Below are positions 10,901-18,982 of a stretch of DNA of 55,392 nucleotides, in pieces. Location of the stretch: the IMG/VR virus record IMGVR_UViG_3300035701_004790, positions 1 to 55,392 of that record. One strand, 5' to 3'. The notes beneath the pieces were generated by a model that made no database searches, was not told where the DNA came from, and worked only from the letters and a program-made list of their open reading frames with translations. This DNA comes from a virus. Its lineage: Duplodnaviria; Caudoviricetes. Position numbers and translations under genes: made by a program. Position 1 is the stretch's first letter, and the number at the start of each line of letters is the position of its first letter.

Positions 10901-12669
10901 GCACCAATACTAAGTGAATCTATCGAATTTAATGCACCACCTAAATGTGTTGCACTAAATATACTATTATTGTTATTATTTCTTATTTGATTATTTAATC
11001 CTAGAATTATTGAATTATTTATTCTATGTCCTGTAGTAGTACCTGTATTAATAACGAAGTCAGATTCACCAATTAACATATTCCATCCATTAGAACCACC
11101 TAATCCATTTGACATGACATGATCAGCACCAAACATCATGTTATCTGTATTACCTCCAAAAATTTGACCTCTACCAATTCTAAAATTGCGCTTTCCTGAA
11201 ATCGTTGTATCTATTAAAGTATCACCAGTTAAGGTTCCACCTAAATGAGCATTAGAACCCGATTTTGTTAAACCATTATTAAAGGTAATAGAACCAGCAA
11301 AATTAGTATCAACGTAATTTTTATCAACTAAAGTTCTTGGTGTATAACTTGCAGAATAATCAGCACCATATTGAAGAGTACCACTAGTTCCTGTCGCACC
11401 TGTTAATATTATGTTATACGTTCCTAAGTTAATTGTTGTATTACCTGTTAAAGCTCCACCTAAACTAATGTTAGTACCAGATTTTCTTAAACCATTATTT
11501 GCACTAACTAATCCTGTAGATGTTAAACCAGTTACATATCCTTTATCAACTAATGATCTTGGTGTAAAATTTGAAGAATAATTAGCAGCATATTTAAGAG
11601 TACCTGTAGTAGCTGTTAATGTTACATTATATATCCCTAAATTAATTGTTGTGTTACCTGTCAATGCACCCCCCAAACCAATATTACCACCAGATTTTAT
11701 TAATCCATTATTTGCCGTATAACCACCCAATACAAAACCTAACGTTGATGAACCTATTACTGCAGGTGTTGTGTTTGTAGTTGACCAGAAAGTATTTTCT
11801 TGAGTATTTCCTTTTTGAACAAATACCATTATTTTATTAATAGTAGTACCAGCAGCCAAATCAGTTGTTCTAGTCCAAGCACCACCAGTATTTGCAACGT
11901 ATGTACCGTTTTGTGTTCCTGTTGTTTGGTTTTTTAACAATAAAATATCACCAGTAACAACTGCAAAACCATCAATAGTTGCATTACCACTTAATGGTGT
12001 GATATTACCTGTAGATGCATATGTTGCAATACTTTTAAAGTTAGTACTATTATTTAAAAATATTTTATCCAAATATTGACCAACATATAAAAACGCTTCC
12101 AGATAACCGGGTCTAGTTGCACTAACATCATATCCTGCTGGTGGGTTTTGTATAAAAATTACACCACTATAAGGATCAAAATACCAATTAATTGGATCAT
12201 ATCTATTAATTATTGTTGTACCGTTTGTTTGATACAATATAGGATCGTATTCCGTAAAACCATCTGCTTTAAGTAAACCAAATGAAGATGGTATTATTTG
12301 TAGTTTTCCTTGCGATGAGTGTAAATACGTTCCAGCACTGAATTGAGGAAAAAGTTTTCCACTAGCATTATAATCTGATGGTAATTTTAATCTATATCCT
12401 TGTGATTGATTTACTCCATTTTGAGTATCAGGAATAATATCTATTTGAAACTTCACTCTTTCTACAATATTATTACTACTATAAAGTGCTGTCAAACCAG
12501 AAGTGGTTGCTGGTAACGCAACTATTGGATTACCAAAAATAATACTATAAGAGCCTTGATTATTTGATGTTATACCTTCTTCTGGTATACCAAAATTTTG
12601 ATGGGTATGTGCTCTACCACTTAATTTTTTAAGAGCAATTAGGTCAGTATTTTGTGTTGTTAAGCTCAT
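7942..12669 (-). CDS. Large tail-fibre-like virion protein, 1575 aa
   Basis: Gly/Thr/Ser/Asn-rich. Has the fibre N-terminal segment IDGFAVVTGDILLLKNQT..QNGTY...WTR, four NGLxKxGxNxxLGGxLTGxT modules, YadA-head-like AIG/AFG/AVG repeats, and a C-terminal module shared with 2482..7917. Confidence 0.7.
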   Translation of the reverse strand: MSLTTQNTDLIALKKLSGRAHTHQNFGIPEEGITSNNQGSYSIIFGNPIVALPATTSGLTALYSSNNIVERVKFQIDIIPDTQNGVNQSQGYRLKLPSDYNASGKLFPQFSAGTYLHSSQGKLQIIPSSFGLLKADGFTEYDPILYQTNGTTIINRYDPINWYFDPYSGVIFIQNPPAGYDVSATRPGYLEAFLYVGQYLDKIFLNNSTNFKSIATYASTGNITPLSGNATIDGFAVVTGDILLLKNQTTGTQNGTYVANTGGAWTRTTDLAAGTTINKIMVFVQKGNTQENTFWSTTNTTPAVIGSSTLGFVLGGYTANNGLIKSGGNIGLGGALTGNTTINLGIYNVTLTATTGTLKYAANYSSNFTPRSLVDKGYVTGLTSTGLVSANNGLRKSGTNISLGGALTGNTTINLGTYNIILTGATGTSGTLQYGADYSASYTPRTLVDKNYVDTNFAGSITFNNGLTKSGSNAHLGGTLTGDTLIDTTISGKRNFRIGRGQIFGGNTDNMMFGADHVMSNGLGGSNGWNMLIGESDFVINTGTTTGHRINNSIILGLNNQIRNNNNNSIFSATHLGGALNSIDSLSIGAGNAISAAFTMGYNSKVIADMGYAFGYNAQAAGKGSLVFGWANTYTFGSHTGTVQRVLTSGIHSINMSSNSTGQTSGHGALADYSAILGGNDGNIPSNSTRSIILGGNAIKATSATTDTVFMPKVRIGYGIGGAATKNNFSKNLVGRNSSTGELEFIDISGTSSIGNMIISGASTPVILDNQSAIPNVFSYKTNVEIVGQGTVTLTNGSPAVVGNGTNFLNATTGRGLSYWFQFWVKDSSGAWYVCFLSSIPTNTGATISTNYSRAQIRNGYNFNTATFQGVTGTYTYYIGGRNWSDGLYSWAMGNNAYADNFSTAIGSSAVATGQTAFAVGFSAFAGGTNSFAVGRIIRATGAQSFAGGKGNSQINNKAVVAAGTSSFNYSESNGSQNAGDGALAANSVILGGLNHNIPSDSLRSVVLGGNTIKASATTNDTVFMPRVRIGYGIGAALVTGTSTNFVTRNTTTGELEVRLIGSITGTTNAVNGLVKKGTNIGLGGTLTGDTTINTTTGLTLTFNAQTQGTPFISGQIGNSANVGLLLFKNQTGNSVATGLTDIYIGAGNGSASNGAGNISLGSYNLRSITASATEFNGGRNIAIGWNNQTGMTIGTHNIAIGRKVSNVKSGNYSYSIDIGYETNLGSVAASTFNDSHIAIGNWAMRLFTGLTNTSYITAIGGSAMQSSIARDGVSSIGIGPNALAFADFERYQIAIGDSAGKRSKIGRNNTMIGTLAGADMTGGSSGDTGVGNTLHNIAIGAHALQYANLVTKTTFVGTEAGSLSVSGWGHSGFGNWSLPRGGGSYNTGLGAFAGYHASLTLTGSTNTFIGYNTSYGIASVNNTIVIGTNLTVTGSSKIYLGNTGQTTILGSIKSGTTTNVLTKESNGEVRYRSISDLNNQLNGVIITATATGSSSVGYVGISATTTMSFYLPLTPKPFQRIFIADIKGNALSVNLTIDGNGKNINGSSTALINTNYGSVVVIYNGFNWSGGGFV

Positions 12670-12673
12670 TTAT

Positions 12674-15600
12674 TTATATGTTAGTTACGGCTATATCAGT
12701 AATTTTATTTTTATATGTACTTGCACAAAAAACTCTCACAACAACAATATCTCCTGATATTATTCTAGGTACTGTTGATAATGAACAATTAACCGTCATT
12801 GTTGTTCCACTTTGTATTGATGTTATGTTTTGTACACCCTCTGGATTACCACCAAAAGCAAATGGATTAGACCAACCATGTTTTAAACCACTAGCTCTCA
12901 TTATTAAAAATTCAACCTTAATAGTATTTCCAGTTACAGTACCACCAGTCCAAGGATTAGTTAAGAAATGATTAGCTGATCCAGTATGATTAATAGCTAA
13001 TGTTATTGTTGATTGAACAACACCATTTGCCGATTTAAATTTTCTATAATAACTTCTTATTCCACTAGCACTGGTATAATTAACATTAGCCACAGGACTA
13101 TTTGTTACAGCACCAAAATTACCTGTTGTAATTCCATATGTTGATGTTAATGCCGTTGCATTAGGATATAATAAATCACTATTAAATATTAGAAGTCCAC
13201 TATTATGTTGTGGATTAACACCAATTAAACTTAATGTTGAGTCCCATGCATATGTTCCAGAATTAACGTTTGCATATGTTAATGTTGTATAATCACGAGC
13301 TTCTAATCTATTAATTTCACCATCAAAATTTTCTAAATTTAAAGTATTTGATTGTGTTATATTATTAAGTAAAAATCCTGTTTTCGTATCAGTACCACCA
13401 CTTAGCTTTTGTGATGTTATTGGATGTGCAATTGATATTCCTGATCTTAGTTTACCTAAGTTACCGATACTACCCAAAACAGTAGATGCTGTAATTGGGA
13501 ATGTAGCAACAATACCTATATTGGTATTTTGAGGATTTGATACGGCACTATTTAAATTAGGTAATGTCTGTAATGTTCCACCTGTTCTTGCAATAATACC
13601 AGCACCACTTACAAGAATATTAGATACACCACCCAAATTAATTTTAGAATGAAAGTTAATTGCATTACTTAATGAACTATATACATTTTTATATGCATTA
13701 GATATTGTTGCACTATAATCAACACTACCACTAGTATGATATTTCACACCAGAAATATTTTTAGTACCAGTTAATGTTATATTCGTTAAACCAGTACTTG
13801 CTGCAGATATAGTGTTAGAATCAGGATCATACACAAACTCAAGATAATTCGTTGTTACTAAAAATGTTGAAGCACTATGCGAAATTCTGAAATAATTGAA
13901 ACCACTAGACATTCCAGATATTGGAATCGTGTATGTACCAACTCTATATTTAAATTCCGTAATACTAGTACCTGATATGACTGTACCATTAGGTGATTTT
14001 ACGAATGAAAGTACGGATACGTTAAATCTAGAATTTGATTTTCCTACTGCACCAATTAAGCTCACTTCACCAACATTAGCCCCATTCTTATACATAATAA
14101 GTTTTCCTTGATCTGCTCTAGAAAATGCATTATTAAAAAAAGGAATTCCACTACCATCTCCAATTGTTGTTGAATTTAATACACCTGTGATACTATTATT
14201 TATAATTCCCAATCTAGTACCACCCGTTACATATGATTGGTTAATATCAACAGCACTATTTCCAGCATTAGTACCAACATTAACAAATCCTATATCATTT
14301 CTAGAAACACCCCATGAAAGTTTACCAGAAACAAATGGTGCAATTCCATCAATATTGTTTAAAGATGGTGGAGGTGATGGTACTACAGCTAAAAACATTT
14401 CATTGAATCTATCCACAGCAATTCCAACAGGAGTTGTTGTAATGAAATCTTGATATATTCCATCATTATATGTTCCATCTTCTGGAGCACCAATAACTGC
14501 AGGTGGCAATGTTATAGCTTGGAACGTATTACCTGTTCCTCTTGTTATATATTGTCCAGTACTACCGCTACCTCCCTGAAATTTAACTCTCGTTGCATCT
14601 ATAGAAGATTGTTTGACTTGCAAGCTATTACCAGTACTAGTAATGTTTATATACTTATCATCATATCTAAGATCAACTATAGTATTACCTGTTCCATTAT
14701 TTGATGCTGTAATACCTGTTCCAGCTAAAATTCTATTTACTAAATTTGGTTTAGATTTAATATCACTCCACTGTATAAAGACACTCATTGTGGTTGCAGA
14801 CCATTTCAAATGACCTGTTACATCAATAAATTCAGATGAACCAGTAAATCCAACTGGAACTTGTGGTTGTCCACCTGTAGCATTTAATACATAAACTTTA
14901 AGTCCTCTAAAGGACATTGTTTGTCCTGTAGTACCCGTTCCACCAGAAGTATAAAACTGAGCATTTCTAGCTGCAATTGTTGGTACAACAAATTCTTCTT
15001 TTAATCCCGGTGGAATATATTGAATAGGAATGATACTACTTGCATTTAATGGTACAATACCACTAGCTGCACCTATTGCCGATGTATTAACTTTTAAATT
15101 TAATGCAGCAGTTAATCCTGTCACTCCAGATATTGGAGTGTATGTGGGCAAACCCTTTTGATTAATAACTATACCATCATCAGTCGTTATCGATTGATAA
15201 ATTGGTTTTACTATATGAGTCGGAGCCGTTGGTTTTGTTCTTGTTAATTTACCCGCAACTGTTGGGGATAAATAATAAACAGTGCTACCAGATAAATGTT
15301 TTGTACCAGTTGAATCAAATGCTGATGTCAATCCGTCCACATAACCACCAAAACAAACAATGAATGAAGTTGGGTTTATAACGCTGTTTACAATACCAAT
15401 AGGAAAATCAGATGCTCTACTTGCAATAGCTTTTTGATAACTACTACCACTATATTCGATGACATCACCAAGTACAAATCCGTGTGCACTTATAGTCGTT
15501 GTTGTTCTTTGTATTCTTAATCCACTACCACCCGTACCACCAGAAGAAGCACCCACATTAGATATAGTGAAACCTCTATCAGTCAACACTATTCCTTTAT

Positions 15601-16261
15601 TTAATTGCTGTGTAACAATAATTGGTTTTGATGTTTCACCTGCATTGAATGGTTCTATTGCTGTTATTGCACCAGCTACAGAAGGTGAAACAAAATATAC
15701 TGTATTTGCACTTAATCCAATAACCGAACTTAAATCAATAAAACCATTATATGTCAACGTAAAATTATCTGGATCAATAACACTACTAACAATTCCAAGA
15801 ACTTCAAAAGTATTACCAATACTAGCAATTGCTTTTACAAAACTACTTCCATTAAATGATACAACATTGCCAACTGAAAAACTGTGTGATGTTTGTTGAT
15901 ATTTCTTTTTCGTTGCATCCCCACCACCACTAGAAAATGTATTCCAATTTGTGTTGTTAGCTAACGTTAAAACTTTTCCATTATTAGTTAATCCACTCCA
16001 TGAAGTATACGGCACAAATAATTGATATAAAGTATCTGTTTCTGCAACATATGCTAACATACCTAATCTTCTTCTACCAGAGCCTAATCCAGATGCATCA
16101 AGATTACCCAACGCATCAACTGGAATTAAATTTCTTTCAGCTATTGTTTGGAATTCTTGCCATCCACCCACACCTAGATAACTATGGTGTGTTCCATATG
16201 TATCCGTTAAACCCCCACCTACAATTGGGGATGCTAAGATTGTACCTAAAGGATAACTCAT
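12674..16261 (-). CDS. Putative virion structural/fibre-associated protein, 1195 aa
   Basis: Two HxFxxGxV...KAIAS...GIV...Y(F/Y)xSPxVAG.(I/L)T domains, beta-rich G/S/T composition, located in the fibre block. Confidence 0.55.
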   Translation of the reverse strand: MSYPLGTILASPIVGGGLTDTYGTHHSYLGVGGWQEFQTIAERNLIPVDALGNLDASGLGSGRRRLGMLAYVAETDTLYQLFVPYTSWSGLTNNGKVLTLANNTNWNTFSSGGGDATKKKYQQTSHSFSVGNVVSFNGSSFVKAIASIGNTFEVLGIVSSVIDPDNFTLTYNGFIDLSSVIGLSANTVYFVSPSVAGAITAIEPFNAGETSKPIIVTQQLNKGIVLTDRGFTISNVGASSGGTGGSGLRIQRTTTTISAHGFVLGDVIEYSGSSYQKAIASRASDFPIGIVNSVINPTSFIVCFGGYVDGLTSAFDSTGTKHLSGSTVYYLSPTVAGKLTRTKPTAPTHIVKPIYQSITTDDGIVINQKGLPTYTPISGVTGLTAALNLKVNTSAIGAASGIVPLNASSIIPIQYIPPGLKEEFVVPTIAARNAQFYTSGGTGTTGQTMSFRGLKVYVLNATGGQPQVPVGFTGSSEFIDVTGHLKWSATTMSVFIQWSDIKSKPNLVNRILAGTGITASNNGTGNTIVDLRYDDKYINITSTGNSLQVKQSSIDATRVKFQGGSGSTGQYITRGTGNTFQAITLPPAVIGAPEDGTYNDGIYQDFITTTPVGIAVDRFNEMFLAVVPSPPPSLNNIDGIAPFVSGKLSWGVSRNDIGFVNVGTNAGNSAVDINQSYVTGGTRLGIINNSITGVLNSTTIGDGSGIPFFNNAFSRADQGKLIMYKNGANVGEVSLIGAVGKSNSRFNVSVLSFVKSPNGTVISGTSITEFKYRVGTYTIPISGMSSGFNYFRISHSASTFLVTTNYLEFVYDPDSNTISAASTGLTNITLTGTKNISGVKYHTSGSVDYSATISNAYKNVYSSLSNAINFHSKINLGGVSNILVSGAGIIARTGGTLQTLPNLNSAVSNPQNTNIGIVATFPITASTVLGSIGNLGKLRSGISIAHPITSQKLSGGTDTKTGFLLNNITQSNTLNLENFDGEINRLEARDYTTLTYANVNSGTYAWDSTLSLIGVNPQHNSGLLIFNSDLLYPNATALTSTYGITTGNFGAVTNSPVANVNYTSASGIRSYYRKFKSANGVVQSTITLAINHTGSANHFLTNPWTGGTVTGNTIKVEFLIMRASGLKHGWSNPFAFGGNPEGVQNITSIQSGTTMTVNCSLSTVPRIISGDIVVVRVFCASTYKNKITDIAVTNI

Positions 16262-16294
16262 ATTATGTGTCTTTTTACTGTTTTGTTCGTGTTA

Positions 16295-17212
16295 TTATGA
16301 TATGGCAATATTAAAAGTACCAGTTAATATATTATTTGATCTCCATGCTACAAAAGCAGCAGAATATCCTAAAGGATTTATATATGTAAATGCTTGAGAC
16401 GAAAAATCGTTATTGGTCAAACCATTAATAGTAAATGATGGTACTCCAAATGATGCTGGAATTACATAATAAAAGAAATGCCCACTTAACACAATACTAA
16501 ATAAGGATTTTGCTTTTGTTGATGCAAATTCAGAATTTGTAGGATGAAGATTAACATTTGCTGTAATTCCAGAACTTGGTAATCCAATAAGATTCGTACT
16601 ATCACCATAAAAAAATCTTTTATGATTGAAAACAATTGATGTTACCGCATTTGCAAGAACAGCATTAGTATCCCTTACATCTAGAACGAAATTCTGACCA
16701 ACATTAGGTATTGTAAGTGTTTTACCTGTTGCCCCTGATTGTGTGTTTCCACCATTAGTTATATTAAATGGAACATTATTAAGTTTAATTGATAATATAG
16801 GTAATGTATGTCTTGTCGCAGTATAAATTAAATTTACTATTGAATTATCTCCTAGAAGTCTAGTAGTACCCCCACTAATAAATGCATCTGGAGCAACTGA
16901 TGGAAAAAAATACCCTTCTAAAAATTGGCTAATCGTTGATCCACCAACTGTAATGTTTGGAATTCCTAGACGAGTCGTTATTCTATTACTATCCAAAGCC
17001 GACCCACTAACTCCAGTAACTAACTTAATTTTACCACCACCAACATATACTAAACTATCTCCACTAAGAGCAGTTGTTGAAGTTGCATCAATTTCAGTTC
17101 CTTTTGATTTCAATTTTCCACTAAAATTTGTAGTTCCAGACATTGTTAATGTGGAACCAGTCATTTGTTTGAATTGGGTATCACCTAAATCCGGTCGTGT
17201 AAAAAAAGACAT
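16295..17212 (-). CDS. Putative virion structural protein, 305 aa
   Basis: N-terminal QFKQMTGSTLTMSGTT resembles the N-termini of both delta-60 proteins. Beta-rich C-terminus (FYYVIPASFG). First gene after a GTATTTAT motif. Confidence 0.5.
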   Translation of the reverse strand: MSFFTRPDLGDTQFKQMTGSTLTMSGTTNFSGKLKSKGTEIDATSTTALSGDSLVYVGGGKIKLVTGVSGSALDSNRITTRLGIPNITVGGSTISQFLEGYFFPSVAPDAFISGGTTRLLGDNSIVNLIYTATRHTLPILSIKLNNVPFNITNGGNTQSGATGKTLTIPNVGQNFVLDVRDTNAVLANAVTSIVFNHKRFFYGDSTNLIGLPSSGITANVNLHPTNSEFASTKAKSLFSIVLSGHFFYYVIPASFGVPSFTINGLTNNDFSSQAFTYINPLGYSAAFVAWRSNNILTGTFNIAIS

Positions 17213-17293
17213 TTCGTTTATATTTAGTTGTTAACTTGATGACCGTTCAATGAGTTACAAGAATTCATCGATTTAGGTCTTCTTATATTACCT

Positions 17294-17301
17294 ATAAATA
17301 C
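17294..17301 (-). promoter_or_regulatory. GTATTTAT motif, candidate phage late promoter (fibre operon)
   Basis: One of nine copies in, or at the edge of, intergenic gaps upstream of minus-strand units. Confidence 0.55.
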
Positions 17302-17313
17302 AACACGAAGTTT

Positions 17314-17352
17314 AAAAAATAAAAAAACCTCACTGAATTATCAGTGAGGTTT
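17314..17352 (-). terminator. Intrinsic terminator
   Basis: 12-bp inverted repeat AAACCTCACTGA/TCAGTGAGGTTT with a 4-nt loop, followed by a T-tract on the minus strand. Confidence 0.8.
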
Positions 17353-17421
17353 ACCAGAGGTCACGTAGAAATTACCCCCTATTAATTATGATCAGATGCA
17401 TCTGTCATAAATCGGACTTGA

Positions 17422-17769
17422 TTATTTTAATTGTTTAATTTCATCTCTAAGTTTACAAGCATTTTCAAAGTCCTGTGCTTGTATTGCCTCATTTAGCTTA
17501 ACTGTCAACTCATCTTTCGATTGTTTTAATTTGGCTTTTGATTTTGTTTGTTTCGTGGTTCTTTCAAATCTTTGTCCACCGTTGATACTTGTCCACACTT
17601 CTTTTTTTATCATGTGTGTTTCAGTTTCAGAAATTTCTTCTGTTTTGTTGAAGTTTTTATTATCATCTTGAGGAAATGATACATCAGACAATTTACCACT
17701 TATTGAAAAGTGAAAACTATCTTCATTGAATAAACTGTCGAAAAATGAACTTAAAAAGTCTTTTCTCAT
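17422..17769 (-). CDS. Small protein with C-terminal UVR (UvrB/UvrC) coiled-coil motif, 115 aa
   Basis: C-terminus LTVKLNEAIQAQDFENACKLRDEIKQL matches the UVR pattern (A...E/QDFE.AA.LRD.I). Confidence 0.75.
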   Translation of the reverse strand: MRKDFLSSFFDSLFNEDSFHFSISGKLSDVSFPQDDNKNFNKTEEISETETHMIKKEVWTSINGGQRFERTTKQTKSKAKLKQSKDELTVKLNEAIQAQDFENACKLRDEIKQLK

Positions 17770-17826
17770 AAAAAATAATGTTTTAGAATTAAGTTATATC
17801 AAAGATAACTATACAAAGGGAATACC

Positions 17827-17868
17827 AAATAAAAAAAATGCCATAATTGCAGTCAATTATGGCATTTT
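17827..17868 (-). terminator. Intrinsic terminator closing the large-RNA/tRNA transcript
   Basis: 15-bp perfect inverted repeat AAAATGCCATAATTG/CAATTATGGCATTTT with a 4-nt loop and a T-tract on the minus strand. Confidence 0.7.
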
Positions 17869-17905
17869 GTCTAATGTTTTGAATATTGAACGTTTTCAAC
17901 ATTCT

Positions 17906-17979
17906 TAGCACGGACAGACAGGATCACACTGCCATCTTCACCTGTTAGGGTGATATTCTAATAGTTAAACTACATCCGT
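17906..17979 (-). tRNA. Degenerate tRNA (Val-like) or tRNA-like element
   Basis: Minus-strand cloverleaf: acceptor ACGGATG/TGTCCGT, D stem GTTT/GAAT, anticodon stem TCACC/GGTGA, T stem GGCAG/CTGTC. The anticodon loop is only 6 nt (CTAACA), the D loop lacks GG, the T loop is TGTGATC and the 3' end is G-CTA. Confidence 0.7.
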
Positions 17980-17983
17980 ATAA

Positions 17984-18715
17984 ACGCCTGAGACTACAGC
18001 ATTTCAGTAGCACTTTCGGAGAATTATCCCTTAACGGGTTCTCTTCTTATCCACCCACCTTTCGGCAAGTACGCTACAATCGCAAGTTCCTAACGGGAAC
18101 CAATCGTTTCGTCAGAGTATTTTCAGTTACGTCCACCACTGCACTATCCCTTTCATGACAGTCTAAAGGAGATGCCTCCTAACAACGAGTCGTATCATCT
18201 GATTGACCTTGAGGGCCAACCATTACCGTATATTACAACGGTAGTTTGCGACTTACTACTCTAACGTCTCAGCACTTGATCTTTTATGTATCCATAATAG
18301 GGATATACTTTTGGTATATATCGGACTTGAGAAAGTTGTGGCTGAGACTCGGCTAACTACCTTTTGGATAGCCAATACCAAACAACTCTCTGTGACTTGC
18401 GATCACGATTCAATTTGTCTTCACGCTTTTGGCAACAAAAACAAAAGAAATTGGTAATAGCTCTATGTCCTTGCGAGACTTCAAACCATATCCTACGTTT
18501 TATGATCGTATCTTTCAATACTTATTCTGACTCCGTTAGTCAAACTTGACATCTAATCGCCTACAGTCGTAAGACCCTCGACAAATAAACCTCAAACACA
18601 ACGCTTGCTTGATTGTACCCTTCACCTTTCGGTGAGAGGTCGAAACTATGGTGTTCTTACCACAGCCCCTTTATAACCATTACTGGCTTTATCTCATGGA
18701 CTTCAAGCAGCCCAT
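17984..18715 (-). ncRNA. Large structured RNA, GOLLD-like (~730 nt; ends approximate)
   Basis: No credible ORF and GC well above the flanks. Many hairpins, with G-U pairs favouring the minus strand: CTCACC-GAAA-GGTGA, GTGAT-CGCAA-GTCAC, TTGGCC-CTCAA-GGTCAA, GTTCC-CGTTA-GGAAC, and long-range GTCTCAGC/GCTGAGAC. Two GTA(T/C)T...C(A/G)AAAGG modules and the 3' GCTGTAGTCTCAGGC resemble GOLLD as I recall it. Size, phage location and tRNA adjacency also fit GOLLD. Confidence 0.7.
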
Positions 18716-18725
18716 ATTTTAAATA

Positions 18726-18737
18726 TTTTCAAAGAAC
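18726..18737 (-). promoter_or_regulatory. boxA-like antitermination element
   Basis: GTTCTTTGAAAA on the minus strand between the promoter and the large RNA; matches rRNA-leader boxA. Confidence 0.6.
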
Positions 18738-18783
18738 AAATTCTTTTGTGGGGAAATATCCCCGTTGTTTCTAATTGAGAAGA

Positions 18784-18814
18784 CAAACTTACAATAATAT
18801 TACATGTAAGTCAA
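18784..18814 (-). promoter_or_regulatory. Bacteroidota-type housekeeping promoter for the large RNA
   Basis: TTG-N20-TAAGTTTG, an exact match to the TAnnTTTG -7 element with a correctly spaced -33 element. Confidence 0.7.
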
Positions 18815-18982
18815 GTCTTTACTAAAATATTTTTTTAAGTTACCTTATTTCTCAAATTAGGTAATGATAAATACGTAAAAAACTATAAAAGGTTATAATT
18901 TTTTTCTTTTTCTCATAAAATTTCTTGAACATACAACGAATATATCCAACATTCTCTACCTAAATAACTGTAAATCTGCATG

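Noticed and set aside
17375-17410. Palindromic hairpin TTATGA-T-CAGATGCATCTG-TCATAA downstream of the UVR gene
   Set aside because: Single short element in a 3' UTR with no second copy or other support for a function.
18364-18549. 61-aa plus-strand ORF inside the large RNA
   Set aside because: TTG start, atypical composition, and antisense to a unit with clear minus-strand promoter, boxA and terminator.
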